Shown piece after piece: positions 1 to 9,915 of a DNA stretch of 64,000 nucleotides; the stretch's first letter is position 1; every line of letters begins with the position of its first letter. A program made the translations under genes and the position numbers. Source of the DNA: Myxococcota bacterium (lineage in GTDB: Bacteria; Myxococcota_A; UBA796; SXON01); the NCBI GenBank assembly GCA_040386535.1, contig JAZKFH010000013.1, positions 514,827-578,826 of the forward strand. The letters are read 5' to 3'. The notes under the pieces were generated by a model that saw only the letters and a list, made by a program, of their open reading frames with translations, searched no databases and was not told the DNA's origin.

Positions 1-2
1 AA

Positions 3-662
3 CCGAACGTGATGAGCGAGATCACCCAGCGGGTGCGCAAGGCCGCGCCGGGGCACGCCCTTTTCGGCTTCGCGGGCTCCCCGTGGACGTTGTTCTGCTA
101 CCTCACGCAGGGTGCGGGCGGCGGCGAGTTCGCCGTTGCGCGCGCTGCCCTGTGGGCGCACCCCGAGCGATCCCGGCGGGTGCTGGACCACCTCACCGAC
201 GCGGTCATCGAGCATCTCGTCCGCCAGGCGCGGGCCGGGGCGGATGTGGTGCAGGTGTTCGACACGTGGGGCGGCCTGCTCCCCGCGGCGGACTACGAGG
301 CGATCGCGGCCCCCGGGCTCCGTCGCATCGCGAACCGCCTCGCCGCCGAGGGCATCCCCAGCGTGTTCTACGTGCGCGCCGGGGCCCACCTCGTCGACCT
401 GACGCGCACCCTCGGCTTCACCGCGCTGTCGGTCGACAGCACGGTCGATCTCGCGCGGCTCGTCGGGGTGCCCACCCAGGGAAACCTCGACAACACGCGG
501 CTCCTCGGCGGGCGCGCGTCCATCGCGGAGGGCGTGGCGCGCATCGGCGCCAAGCTCGGCGGTCGTCGCAACCACATCGTCAACCTCGGCCACGGGATCC
601 TGCCGTCGACACCGCCCGACGCGGTCTCGATCCTGGTGGACGAGGTCCGGAGGCTCGGATGA
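3..662 (+). CDS. hemE: Uroporphyrinogen decarboxylase (5' truncated by window edge)
   Basis: GFAGSPWTL, QVFDTWGG, QGNLD and NLGHGI motifs; frame open back to window start. Confidence 0.93.
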   Translation, partial: PNVMSEITQRVRKAAPGHALFGFAGSPWTLFCYLTQGAGGGEFAVARAALWAHPERSRRVLDHLTDAVIEHLVRQARAGADVVQVFDTWGGLLPAADYEAIAAPGLRRIANRLAAEGIPSVFYVRAGAHLVDLTRTLGFTALSVDSTVDLARLVGVPTQGNLDNTRLLGGRASIAEGVARIGAKLGGRRNHIVNLGHGILPSTPPDAVSILVDEVRRLG

Positions 663-2020
663 ACCCCTCTACCGGTCCGGCGGCCGATCGCGTCCTGCAG
701 GTGCCCGAGGAGCTCGTGGCGCGCTACCGCACCCGCGCGCCCCGGTACACCAGCTACCCGACCGCGCCGCAGTTCGGGCCCATCCCCACGGGCGCGATCG
801 ACGTGGCGCTCCGTCGGAACGCGGGGCCGCTCTCGGCCTACGTGCACATCCCGTTCTGCAAGTCGTTGTGTCACTACTGTGGGTGTCACGTCGAGATCCA
901 CGCCCGGCGCAGCGTCGGCGCCGGCTACGTCGACACCGTGCTCGCCGAGGCCGATCTGCTCGCCGCCCGGCTGCAGCCCGGCCGCACCCTCGATCAGCTC
1001 GCGCTCGGCGGGGGCACGCCGACGTTCCTCGAACCCGACGACATGGCGCGGCTCATCGACGGGTTGCGGGCGCGTTGGCCGTTCACCCCGAAGGCCGACA
1101 TCTCCATCGAGGTCGATCCCCGCACCATCGACGACGCCTACCTGAACCGCCTCGTCGACATCGGCTTCGGCCGGTACTCGTTCGGCGTCCAGGACTTCGA
1201 CGCGAAGGTGCTCGAAGCGGTGCACCGCGCCCAGCCGGCGGACCTGACCCACCGCGCGGTCCAGACCCTCCGCGCCCGCGGCGACTTCGACCTGAATTTC
1301 GACTTGATGTACGGCCTGCCGCACCAGACGCCTGAGACCTTCCGCACGACGCTCGACACCGTGGTGGCCATGCGGCCCACGCGGATCGCGTTGTTCCTCT
1401 ACGCGCACGTGCCGTGGATGAAGCCCGCGCAGAAGCTGGTGGAGAAGCACGGGATCCCCGACGCCGCCGCGCGCTCGCGCCTGTTCGTCCTCGCCAACGA
1501 GGTGTTGATGGGCGCGGGGTACGAGGCCATCGGCATGGACCACTTCGCGCTCCCCGGAGACGATCTGTTGGCCGCCCAAGCGAACGGCACGCTCCAACGC
1601 AACTTCATGGGGTACACGTCCCGCGCCGGCCTGGACCAGGTGGGGATGGGTGTGAGCGCCATCGGCAGCTTCGGTGGGGTGTACGCCCAGGATCTGAAGG
1701 ACCGCGAGGCGTGGACCGCGCGGATCGCGGCGGGCGAGCTCCCCATCGAGCGCGGGTTCCTCCTCACTGACGACGACATCGAGCGTCGGAATGTCATCAT
1801 GCAGCTGTTCTGCAACTTCACGATCCGCCTGGAACCTGGCAGGTTCGTGGAGGAGCGCGAGCGCCTCGTGCCGATGATCGCGGACGGGTTCGTGGAGATC
1901 ACCGGTGACACGGTGCGTGTCACCCCGCTGGGACGCCACTTCATCCGCAACGTGTGCGCCGTGTTCGATCGGTACCTCGAGGCCGACGCCTCCGCGCGCC
2001 GCTACTCGCACACCGCATGA
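659..2020 (+). CDS. hemN: Oxygen-independent coproporphyrinogen III oxidase (radical SAM)
   Basis: PRYTSYPTA, YVHIPFC-xxx-C-xx-C, GGGTPT, IGMDHF, RNFMGY; ATGA overlap with hemE stop. Confidence 0.95.
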   Translation: MNPSTGPAADRVLQVPEELVARYRTRAPRYTSYPTAPQFGPIPTGAIDVALRRNAGPLSAYVHIPFCKSLCHYCGCHVEIHARRSVGAGYVDTVLAEADLLAARLQPGRTLDQLALGGGTPTFLEPDDMARLIDGLRARWPFTPKADISIEVDPRTIDDAYLNRLVDIGFGRYSFGVQDFDAKVLEAVHRAQPADLTHRAVQTLRARGDFDLNFDLMYGLPHQTPETFRTTLDTVVAMRPTRIALFLYAHVPWMKPAQKLVEKHGIPDAAARSRLFVLANEVLMGAGYEAIGMDHFALPGDDLLAAQANGTLQRNFMGYTSRAGLDQVGMGVSAIGSFGGVYAQDLKDREAWTARIAAGELPIERGFLLTDDDIERRNVIMQLFCNFTIRLEPGRFVEERERLVPMIADGFVEITGDTVRVTPLGRHFIRNVCAVFDRYLEADASARRYSHTA

Positions 2021-3501
2021 GCGCCGCCGCGCCCGATCCCACCGCCTCCGAGCTCGACGGCGCCGACGTGGCGGTGATCGGCGCGGGCCTCGCGGGCCTG
2101 TCCGCGGCCGTGTACCTGCGCCGGGCGGGGTTGACGGTGCGCGTGTACGACCCCGCGCCGCCGGGCGGCAAGGCGCGCACGATCGAGCCGGCGCCGGGCT
2201 GGCGTGTGGAGTGGGGCCCCCATTCGTTCACCAGCCGCGCGTATGCATTGTTCGATCTGGCCGAGGTGCTCGGCCTCGGCGACCGGGCGGTGCGGCTCGG
2301 GGAGGCCGCGGGGGCGCGCTACCTCGTCCGTGGCGGGCGTCTGCGGCGGGCGCCGTTCGGCGGCGCGATCGGGCTGGGAGAGGGGATCGGCCTGTTGCGC
2401 GGGTTGTTCCGTCGCGTAGCGGACGTGCCCGGGGAGAGCATCCAGGCCTGGGTGGCGCGGCGCTTCGGCAGCGCGTTCGCGGCCGGCCCGCTCGACGCGA
2501 TGATGACCGGCATCTGGGCGAGCGATCCCGCCACGATCGAGATGGACTCGGCCTTTCCGACGGTCAGCGCGCTGGTGCGGACGGAGGGCACGGTGTTCCG
2601 GGCGCTCCGTGAGCTGCGTCGGCTGAGCGAGGGCCTCCGGGCCGCCGGCGCCGCGCGGACCGCGGGCACGTGGGGCTTTCCTCGGGGGATGGGCGAGCTG
2701 GCGGACGCCGCGCGTGTGTACCTGGGTGCCGACACTTTCCGCGCCCAACCGGTCACCCGGGTGGCGCTCGGGCCCGAGGGTCAGGGTTACACCGTGACAA
2801 CCCAACGGGGTGTCACCCCGTGCCGCGCCGTCGTGATCGCCACCGAGGCGCCCGCCGCCGCGCGCCTCCTGGCCGACCTCGCGCCCGCCGCCTCCGCCGC
2901 GCTGGGAGAGGTCACGTACGCTCCACTCGCTGTGGCCCACTGGCTCGCGCGCGACGCCGCGTTTCCGCGCGGGTTCGGGTACCTCGCGCCGAGCGAGGAA
3001 AAACGCGAGGTGCTCGGCGCCATCTTCGTGTCGGACCTGTACCCCGACCGCGCGCCGCCCGGGTTTCGCGCGTTCGCCACCATGTTGGGCGGGAGCCGCA
3101 ACCCCGGCGATCTCGACCTGCACGTGGACGAGGTGAAGCGCCGGCTCGCGGACGAGCACCTGATGCTCACGGGCCGTCCGGTCACGATCACCGGCTTGCA
3201 TGTCGTGCGGCACCCCCACGCTGTCGCGCCGCCACGGCCCGGGCACGCCGATCGGGTGGCGCGCATCGTCGCGGCGCTACCCACGGGGATTTGTGTGGCA
3301 GGTTCCTGGTGTGGCGCGGGCGCGATGGACGACGCGGTGCGCGCGGGCCGGGAGGCGGCGCAGGCGCTCGCCGCGATGGGGGCGTCGGGGAAGGCCTCCA
3401 GCGGCGTGGACCCCCACACGGACGAAGCGGAGCCCGTGACGGACGAGCTGGATCGGGCCGCCCGCGCGGCGCGCCAGGCCGGAGATCCCCATGTCTCCTG
3501 A
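2017..3501 (+). CDS. hemY: Protoporphyrinogen/coproporphyrinogen oxidase (HemY-type FAD oxidase)
   Basis: VIGAGLAGL FAD motif, GGKART, EWGPHSF, GIWASDP, GFGYL; ATGA overlap with hemN. Confidence 0.85.
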   Translation: MSAAAPDPTASELDGADVAVIGAGLAGLSAAVYLRRAGLTVRVYDPAPPGGKARTIEPAPGWRVEWGPHSFTSRAYALFDLAEVLGLGDRAVRLGEAAGARYLVRGGRLRRAPFGGAIGLGEGIGLLRGLFRRVADVPGESIQAWVARRFGSAFAAGPLDAMMTGIWASDPATIEMDSAFPTVSALVRTEGTVFRALRELRRLSEGLRAAGAARTAGTWGFPRGMGELADAARVYLGADTFRAQPVTRVALGPEGQGYTVTTQRGVTPCRAVVIATEAPAAARLLADLAPAASAALGEVTYAPLAVAHWLARDAAFPRGFGYLAPSEEKREVLGAIFVSDLYPDRAPPGFRAFATMLGGSRNPGDLDLHVDEVKRRLADEHLMLTGRPVTITGLHVVRHPHAVAPPRPGHADRVARIVAALPTGICVAGSWCGAGAMDDAVRAGREAAQALAAMGASGKASSGVDPHTDEAEPVTDELDRAARAARQAGDPHVS

Positions 3502-4615
3502 CGCCGCACCCTTGGTGGCGGTCTCGTTGACGTGGCGCGAGGCCACCAGCGCGATGCGCGCGCGGGCCAACACCCCGATGGACGCGACGCTGCTGGCGGC
3601 GCTCCGGGCGCACGGCGTGGAGGGGCTCGTCGAGGTGCACACGTGCGCGCGCTCGTTGTGGCTCCTCGCCACGCCGCAGGCCCCGTGGGTGGGGGCGCTC
3701 CTCCAGTCGAGCGTGGCGGCGCGGACCGGCGGCGAGGTGCTCCCGGTGGTCTACGAGGGGGTCGCCGCGGCCCGTCATGCGCTGCGCGTGGCGCTCGGGC
3801 TCGACTCGTACGTGCAGGGGGAGTCCGACATCGGCGGCCAGTTCCTCGCGGCCTTCGACGCGGCGCGCGCGGCCGGGCACAGCGCGGTCACGCTCAACCT
3901 CCTCCAGCAGTCCGCGGCGCGTCTCCTGACCGAGGGGCGCGACGCCGGCTTCGTCCGCCCCAACCGCGGCCTCGGCCACCTCGCGGTGATGTCGCTCGTC
4001 GAGCGCGGCGTCGATCTCGCCGTTCCCATCGCGGTGCTCGGCGCGGGCGCCATCGGCGGTCGGGTCGTGGCCTCGCTCCGTCGCGCCGGTGCCGTCATGC
4101 CGGTGCTCTACAACCGCACCCCGCGCCTCGACACCGTGCCGCTCGACCAGGTGGCCCACGGCGGGCATCTCGCCGCGGTCGTGTGCACCGCCGGCCCCGC
4201 GCGGTGGTTCCAGCCGCACCCCGGCCTCGCCCACGTGGTCGACCTCGGCCTTCCCGCCCAGGTGGTGGACGGCCCGGGGGTGGTCGGGCTCGACGCGCTG
4301 CTCGCGGGCGATCCCCTCCGCCTGCCCGACGAGCGCCTGCGCGCCGCGGAGGACGCGGTGGAGCGCGAGATCGGCGGGCTGCTGGCCCGTGTGCGCACGA
4401 TCCACTGGCAGCGCGGCCTGGCGGGGGCCACGGCGCTACGCGACCAGTTCATGGACCACGAGCTGGATGTGTTGCTCGCGGACGCGTTGGGCGCGTTGAG
4501 CGAAGATCAGAAGCGAAAGGTGCGCACCGCGACCCGCGGCGCGCTCCGCCAGTACAGCCACCGCATGCTCACCTGGATCAAGCAGGAGCTCGCGGCACCC
4601 GAGGAGAACGGATGA
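3491..4615 (+). CDS. hemA: Glutamyl-tRNA reductase-like protein, divergent and short
   Basis: TCAR (canonical TCNR), H-x-x-RVALGLDS-x-x-QGE, LGAGAIG Rossmann motif, DLGLP; position in hem cluster. Confidence 0.75.
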   Translation: MSPDAAPLVAVSLTWREATSAMRARANTPMDATLLAALRAHGVEGLVEVHTCARSLWLLATPQAPWVGALLQSSVAARTGGEVLPVVYEGVAAARHALRVALGLDSYVQGESDIGGQFLAAFDAARAAGHSAVTLNLLQQSAARLLTEGRDAGFVRPNRGLGHLAVMSLVERGVDLAVPIAVLGAGAIGGRVVASLRRAGAVMPVLYNRTPRLDTVPLDQVAHGGHLAAVVCTAGPARWFQPHPGLAHVVDLGLPAQVVDGPGVVGLDALLAGDPLRLPDERLRAAEDAVEREIGGLLARVRTIHWQRGLAGATALRDQFMDHELDVLLADALGALSEDQKRKVRTATRGALRQYSHRMLTWIKQELAAPEENG

Positions 4616-5535
4616 CCCTGCGGCTCGGCACCCGGAAGAGTGAGCTCGCGCTCGCGCAGAGCGGCATGATGGCCCGGGCCATCGGCCCCGACGTCGAGCT
4701 CGTCGGCGTGACGACGGAGGGGGATCGCCTCGTGGACGTGCCCCTCGCGGGCCAGCTCACGAAGGGCTTCTTCACCGAGGCGCTCGAAGCGGGCCTGCGC
4801 GCGGGCACGCTCGATCTCGCCGTGCACTCGCTGAAGGACCTCCCCTTGGAGCAGCCGCCGGGCCTGATCCTCGCGGCGATCCCACCCCGCGAGTCGCTCG
4901 CGGACCTGCTCCTCGTGCGCGAGGAGGCGTGGGACGCCTCGGCCCCGATGTTGCCCCTCCGGACCGGCGCCAAGGTGGGCGCGGCCTCGGAGCGTCGGCA
5001 GTGGCTGCTGCGCACGCTGCGGCCCGACTGCGATCCCGCCTTCCTCCGCGGCAACGTCCCCACCCGCGTCGGCCGCCTGCGCGAGGGCCGTTACGACGCC
5101 ATCGTGCTCGCCGAGGCGGGCGTGCACCGGCTCGGCCTCTCGCTCGAAGGGCTGAAGGTCGCCCGGCTCCTCCCCGCGCAGTGGCCGAACGCGGCCGGGC
5201 AGGGGGCGCTCGCGCTCCAGTGCCGCGAGGACGACATCGTGACGCGAGCACGCCTGACGTCCCTCAACGATCCGGCCACAGCCGGGGCCGTGGAGACGGA
5301 GCGCCGGTGGCTCGGGGCCCTGGGCGGCGGGTGCTCTGTCCCATTTGGGGCGGCCGTGTGGGCGGGTGGCTGGGCCATCGGGCTGATGAAGGACGGCGCC
5401 TTCCGCATCCGGCGGGGTGTGGCGCTCGAGGATGGAGACGAGGCGCTGCGCGCGCTGCTCGCCGGCGATCCCGGCGAGGGCTGGGTGGCGTCGACCGGGG
5501 ATACGGGGCTGATCTGGGAGGTCTGGAATGGATAG
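4612..5535 (+). CDS. hemC: Hydroxymethylbilane synthase (porphobilinogen deaminase)
   Basis: GTRKSELALAQ, AVHSLKDLP, RGNVPTR, GQGALA, GGGCSVP cofactor Cys; ATGA overlap. Confidence 0.95.
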   Translation: MTLRLGTRKSELALAQSGMMARAIGPDVELVGVTTEGDRLVDVPLAGQLTKGFFTEALEAGLRAGTLDLAVHSLKDLPLEQPPGLILAAIPPRESLADLLLVREEAWDASAPMLPLRTGAKVGAASERRQWLLRTLRPDCDPAFLRGNVPTRVGRLREGRYDAIVLAEAGVHRLGLSLEGLKVARLLPAQWPNAAGQGALALQCREDDIVTRARLTSLNDPATAGAVETERRWLGALGGGCSVPFGAAVWAGGWAIGLMKDGAFRIRRGVALEDGDEALRALLAGDPGEGWVASTGDTGLIWEVWNG

Positions 5536-6781
5536 GCACGAGTCGCTCTTCGCACGCGCCCAGCGCGTCATCCCCGGGGGCGTCTCGAGCCCCGTCCGCG
5601 CGTTCAAGTCGGTGGGTGGCCACCCGCGGTACATCGTCCGCGGCGAGGGCGCGACGCTGGTCGGCGCCGAGGGCGAACGCTGGACAGACTTCTGCCTCGC
5701 GTGGGGCCCGCTCATCCTCGGGCACGCGCACCCCGCGGTGGTCGAGGCCGTCTCCCGCGCGGCGCGGGACGGGATGGCCTTCGGCACCGTCAACGAGGGG
5801 GAGATCGACCTCGCCGAGCGCATCCTGTCGGCGTTTCCGGGGCGCGACCGGGCGCGGCTGGTGTGTTCGGGCACCGAGGCCGTCATCACCGCGTTGCGCA
5901 TCGCGCGCGGCGCTACCGGGCGCACCAAGGTGCTCAAGTTCGGCGGCTGCTACCACGGCCACGGCGACGGCATGCTGGTCAAGGCCGGCAGCGGCCTGGT
6001 GACCCTGGGCGTGGGAGACAGCGCCGGCATCTCCCCGGCCGTGGCCGCCGACACCGTGGTGGTGCCGCTTGACGACGAGCAGGCCCTGGACGACGCGTTC
6101 GCGCAGTGGGGCGATGACATCGCCGCCGCCATCGTCGAGCCCCTCCCGGCCAACAACGGCCTGCTCACCCAGCGCCCCGAGTGGCTCCGCCATCTCCGCG
6201 CCCAGTGCACGAAGCACGGCGCGCTGCTGATCCTGGACGAGGTCATCACCGGCTTCCGCTTCGGCTTCCACGGGTACGAGCGCGTGGTGGACATCAAGGC
6301 GGACCTGACCACCCTCGGCAAGATCGTCGGCGGCGGGATGCCGGTGGCGGCGGTCGTCGGGAGCGCCGCGCACATGGACCTGCTCGCGCCGGCGGGCCCT
6401 GTCTACCAGGCGGGCACCATGGCGGGCAACCCCGTCTGTGTGGCCGCGGGCATCGCGACGCTGGATGTGCTCGCCAAGGGGGAGGTGTACGCGCACCTCG
6501 ACGCCCTCGGGCGGCACTTCGACGCGATCCCGAAGAAGACAGCCTGGGTGCGCCAGGGCCCCATCCTCTGGCCGTGGCTCGGCGAGGGTGCGCCGCCGCG
6601 ATCGGACGCCGCGATCCCGTCGTCGGTGCGGGCGCCCTTCGGAAAGATGCACGCCGCCTGGCTCGCAGCGGGCATCTACTTCCCGCCGTCCGCGTTCGAG
6701 GTCGCCTTCTTGTGCTCCGCGCACACGACGAGTGATCTCGACCACCTCGTGGAGGTCGCGGAGCGTGCGCTCGGCGCTTGA
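5528..6781 (+). CDS. hemL: Glutamate-1-semialdehyde 2,1-aminomutase
   Basis: IPGGVSSPVRAF, WGPLILGH, DEVITGFR, GKIVGGGMP, YQAGTMAGNP, PSAFE. Confidence 0.96.
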   Translation: MDRHESLFARAQRVIPGGVSSPVRAFKSVGGHPRYIVRGEGATLVGAEGERWTDFCLAWGPLILGHAHPAVVEAVSRAARDGMAFGTVNEGEIDLAERILSAFPGRDRARLVCSGTEAVITALRIARGATGRTKVLKFGGCYHGHGDGMLVKAGSGLVTLGVGDSAGISPAVAADTVVVPLDDEQALDDAFAQWGDDIAAAIVEPLPANNGLLTQRPEWLRHLRAQCTKHGALLILDEVITGFRFGFHGYERVVDIKADLTTLGKIVGGGMPVAAVVGSAAHMDLLAPAGPVYQAGTMAGNPVCVAAGIATLDVLAKGEVYAHLDALGRHFDAIPKKTAWVRQGPILWPWLGEGAPPRSDAAIPSSVRAPFGKMHAAWLAAGIYFPPSAFEVAFLCSAHTTSDLDHLVEVAERALGA

Positions 6782-7715
6782 GCGGCAAGCGCGCTGGGCC
6801 AACATCGCCTACACGGTGACGTTGGTCCTCCTCTCGTTGCTCGGCGCGTGGTGGACCATCCTCATCGCCCGCCTCGTCGACGAGAACCACACGCTCTCGC
6901 TGGCGCTGTCGGGCCCCACCCCCGAGGTGCTCGCGGAGTACGGGCGCAAGCGCCTGATGCTCATCGGCGAGAGCGTCACGCTCACGATGCTGGCGGTCGT
7001 GCTCGCGGGGCTCGTGGTGCGGTTCGCGCGGCGAGAGCGCGCCCAGATCCAGCGCCTGGAAGGCGTGATGGCGGCCAGCACCCACGAGCTCAAGACGCCT
7101 ATCGCGGGGGTCAAGGCGCTGCTCGAGTCCCTGCGGAGCGGGGTGCTCCCGCCCGAGAAGATGAACCCCTACCTCGACAAGGGGCTGGTCTCCGCGGAGC
7201 GGCTGGAGCACCTCGTCGAGAGCATCCTGGCCTACCAATCGGCCGTGGCGCACCGCACGAAGGACCTGGAGGCGCGCCCGCTCACCCAGTGGGTCGCGTC
7301 GGTGTTGGATCACCACCTCGCCACCCCCGGCGCCGCCCCCGTCGATTGTGACCTCGGCCCGCTCGGCAACGTGCCCGTGCGCGCGACCGCCGATCCTTTT
7401 CGTGTCATCCTCGAGAACCTGTTCGACAACGCGCGCAAATATGGCAGGTCAGGGGCGGTGCGGCTCCGCGCGCGCACCGAGGGGGATCGCGTGGGGCTCG
7501 ACGTCATCGACGAGGGCGTCGGGTTCGCGCCCGAGGATGCCAAGGCCATCTTCGAGCCCTACCAACGTGGCGGGGGGGCCGAGCGGCGCCACGGCACGGG
7601 CCTCGGGCTCTACATCGCGCGGACGCTGGCGCAGAGCCTGGAGGGAGATCTGCACGCGCAGAGCGCGGGTGAGGGGCAGGGGGCGACCTTCACGTTGTGG
7701 TTGCGACGGGCTTAG
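6765..7715 (+). CDS. Membrane sensor histidine kinase (2 TM, short extracytoplasmic loop)
   Basis: H-box HELKTP, N-box NLFDNARKY, DEGVG, GTGLGL; GTG at 6765 with GGAGGT upstream, overlapping hemL end. Confidence 0.88.
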   Translation: MRSALERQARWANIAYTVTLVLLSLLGAWWTILIARLVDENHTLSLALSGPTPEVLAEYGRKRLMLIGESVTLTMLAVVLAGLVVRFARRERAQIQRLEGVMAASTHELKTPIAGVKALLESLRSGVLPPEKMNPYLDKGLVSAERLEHLVESILAYQSAVAHRTKDLEARPLTQWVASVLDHHLATPGAAPVDCDLGPLGNVPVRATADPFRVILENLFDNARKYGRSGAVRLRARTEGDRVGLDVIDEGVGFAPEDAKAIFEPYQRGGGAERRHGTGLGLYIARTLAQSLEGDLHAQSAGEGQGATFTLWLRRA

Positions 7716-7785
7716 CTGTAGCGGGGCGCCGCCTCGATCGCGCGGCCTCGCGGACAGGGGGCGGCGAGTATAGAGGGGGCCCGCC

Positions 7786-8478
7786 ATGACCGAGCGCATC
7801 CTGTTGATCGAAGACGAAGCGTTGGTGGCCGACATGGTGCGGCTCAACCTCGAGCACGCCGGCTTCCGCGTGGACGCGGTCACGACCGGCATCGAGGGCC
7901 TCGAGCACCTCCGCACGCACGTGTACGACCTGGCGCTGGTGGACGTGATGTTGCCCGGTATCGACGGCTTCGAGGTGACCCGCCGCGCGCGGGGCGCGGG
8001 CGTGGTCACCCCGGTGCTGATGTTGACGGCGCGTGGGGAGACCCAAGCCAAGGTGGCCGGGCTGGACGCGGGCGCCGACGACTACCTCACCAAGCCCTTC
8101 GCCATGCCCGAGCTGCTCGCGCGCGTGCGGGCCCTCATCCGGCGCCACACCGCGGCGCGGGGCGTGCCCTCCTCGCGTGAGCTCCGCTTCGGCGTGTACC
8201 GGGTGAATTTCGACACGCGAGAGGCCATCACCAACGAGGGCCGCGTGACGCTCACCGAGCGCGAGTGTGCGTTGCTCGAGTTCCTCGCCGGCCGCGAGGG
8301 GGAGCTCCTCCCGCGGACCGACATCCTCGAGAACGTGTGGGGGATGGACCGCTTCCCCACTGCGCGTACGGTCGACAATTACGTGCTGCGCCTGCGAAAA
8401 CTCTTCGAGCCCGACCCCGAGGATCCGGTTCACCTGCAGACGGTGCGCGGCCGTGGCTATCGCTTCGTGGGGGAGTAG
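7786..8478 (+). CDS. OmpR/PhoB-family response regulator
   Basis: LIEDE, LVDVMLP, MLTAR, GADDYLTKPF, winged-helix tail LQTVRGRGYRF. Confidence 0.93.
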   Translation: MTERILLIEDEALVADMVRLNLEHAGFRVDAVTTGIEGLEHLRTHVYDLALVDVMLPGIDGFEVTRRARGAGVVTPVLMLTARGETQAKVAGLDAGADDYLTKPFAMPELLARVRALIRRHTAARGVPSSRELRFGVYRVNFDTREAITNEGRVTLTERECALLEFLAGREGELLPRTDILENVWGMDRFPTARTVDNYVLRLRKLFEPDPEDPVHLQTVRGRGYRFVGE

Positions 8479-8481
8479 GGG

Positions 8482-9036
8482 ATGGGTGGGCTGCGGCAGC
8501 TGATCGAGCTCGCGATCACGATGCTCGGGTTGCACCTGAAGCCGTGGATGGCGCCGGCGGGGCTCCTGGCCGCCATCGCCGTGTTCTGGCCGTGGATCCG
8601 CCTCAACGTCCGCACGGGAGACGCGCGAAAGCTGATGGTGCGCGCGTCACGCGAGCGGGGCGCCGAGCGGCTCCGTCTCGAAGCGGAGGCGCTCGCGATG
8701 GTGGGCCAGGGCCCCGACGGGCTGGTCGTGATCGCGAAGGAGGCGCTGGAGCAGGGCCGCAAGGAGCTCGCGGGGCAGGCGGTGGCGAAGCTCCGCGCCA
8801 CCGGGAAGCGCCTCCCCGATCTGCGAAAGCTCGAACGTGCCCTGGAGCCCGCGCTTCCGGGCACCGCTGCCGAGGCCGCGTTGCTCGTCGAACGGATGGT
8901 GGCGACGGGCATGCACGAGGAGGCCCGGCTCCGGCTCGCGCAGGCGCGTCGCAAGTGGCCGTTCGACGACGAGCTGCTCGCGCTCGAAGCCGCCGCTGCG
9001 GCCCCCGTGCCGGCGACCAGCGCCGTCAGCCCCTGA
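8482..9036 (+). CDS. Hypothetical membrane-anchored helical (TPR-like) protein
   Basis: ATG 3 nt after regulator stop; N-terminal hydrophobic segment, helical Ala/Leu/Arg-rich remainder. Confidence 0.6.
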   Translation: MGGLRQLIELAITMLGLHLKPWMAPAGLLAAIAVFWPWIRLNVRTGDARKLMVRASRERGAERLRLEAEALAMVGQGPDGLVVIAKEALEQGRKELAGQAVAKLRATGKRLPDLRKLERALEPALPGTAAEAALLVERMVATGMHEEARLRLAQARRKWPFDDELLALEAAAAAPVPATSAVSP

Positions 9037-9907
9037 ACAGCTCCCGTACGGCGCGCCGCACCACGTCGGGCAGGTCCGCGTAGGTGCGCGCCCGGTAGAG
9101 CCGCCCGTGGCCCGCCTGGGCCATGCCGCGGCAGCTCCGCGCCCCCTGCGGGTGGTGGTCGCCCAGGTGCACGACGTGGAGCCGAGGGTACCGCCCCGCG
9201 GCGCCGACCGGGTCACGGCCGACGTTGGCGACCCCGTCGGTGAGGAGCAGGCCAACGCGCTCGCGTCGCGACGCTCGGCGGAGCTGTTCGAGGGCGGCGG
9301 TGAGCCCCCCCTCGATGTTGGTGTAGCCCTGCGCCGGCACGGAGAGCACGCGACGGACGAGCTCCCGGGGCGAGACCTCTTCGCCCACGCGGACGAGCAC
9401 GTGCGCGTGCGTGTCGAACGCCACCACCGCCACGTGCGAAAGACGCATGCGCAGGATCGCGGTCGCGACGGCCACGAGCGCGATCTTCTCGCCGGTCATG
9501 GAGAGCGACATGTCCAGGATCGCGACGACGTCGACCTCGCGGGGCACCAGCCGTGTCAGCCGCACGTCGCTCGGGGCCCAGGGGCGTGGGCGCTCCAGCG
9601 TGCTCTCGAGGTCCAGCTCGCCGTCCTCCGGCCAGCCCACCTCTTCGGCCCGCTGCGGCCGCGCGGCGTGCCGGAGCAGGCGGCGCGCATGGGCGAGGAT
9701 GGCGTCGATCGCGCGGTCGAGGACCAGCCGACGGTGCAGCCCGGGCGGCAGCTCCCGCTGGAGGCGACGCCACCCGGTCGCGGCCGCCCAGCCCGATGGC
9801 AGCGCGCTCGTGGGGCCGGGGGAGGCGTCCGCCGCCGTCGCGAACCCTTCGCCCTCGGCCAGCTCCGGCCCCGGTGCTACCGGGCCGCCGGGCTCATCGC
9901 CGAGAGT
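9026..9907 (-). CDS. vWA-domain protein, probably the C-terminal part of an AAA+-vWA frameshift fusion
   Basis: MIDAS DMSLS, VAFD, GYTNIEGGL, LLTDG; first ATG lies inside the MIDAS motif; frame is -1 relative to the upstream AAA+ ORF and open through the A9 run. Confidence 0.8.
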   Translation of the reverse strand, partial: TLGDEPGGPVAPGPELAEGEGFATAADASPGPTSALPSGWAAATGWRRLQRELPPGLHRRLVLDRAIDAILAHARRLLRHAARPQRAEEVGWPEDGELDLESTLERPRPWAPSDVRLTRLVPREVDVVAILDMSLSMTGEKIALVAVATAILRMRLSHVAVVAFDTHAHVLVRVGEEVSPRELVRRVLSVPAQGYTNIEGGLTAALEQLRRASRRERVGLLLTDGVANVGRDPVGAAGRYPRLHVVHLGDHHPQGARSCRGMAQAGHGRLYRARTYADLPDVVRRAVRELFRG

Positions 9908-9915
9908 TTTTTTTT
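9852..9915 (-). promoter_or_regulatory. Candidate programmed -1 frameshift / transcriptional slippage signal (A9 run + 3' hairpin)
   Basis: Minus strand CTC AAA AAA AAA CTC followed by nested stems CTCTCGGC/GCCGAGGG, CCGGC/GCCGG, CCCGGT/ACCGGG. Confidence 0.65.

Noticed and set aside
83..658. Long N-terminal extensions of track ORFs (hemN 83, hemC 3532, GMC 13439, upp 23528, vWA 10570, AAA+ 11580)
   Set aside because: They overlap upstream genes in another frame; real starts lie at stop/start overlaps or RBS-supported codons
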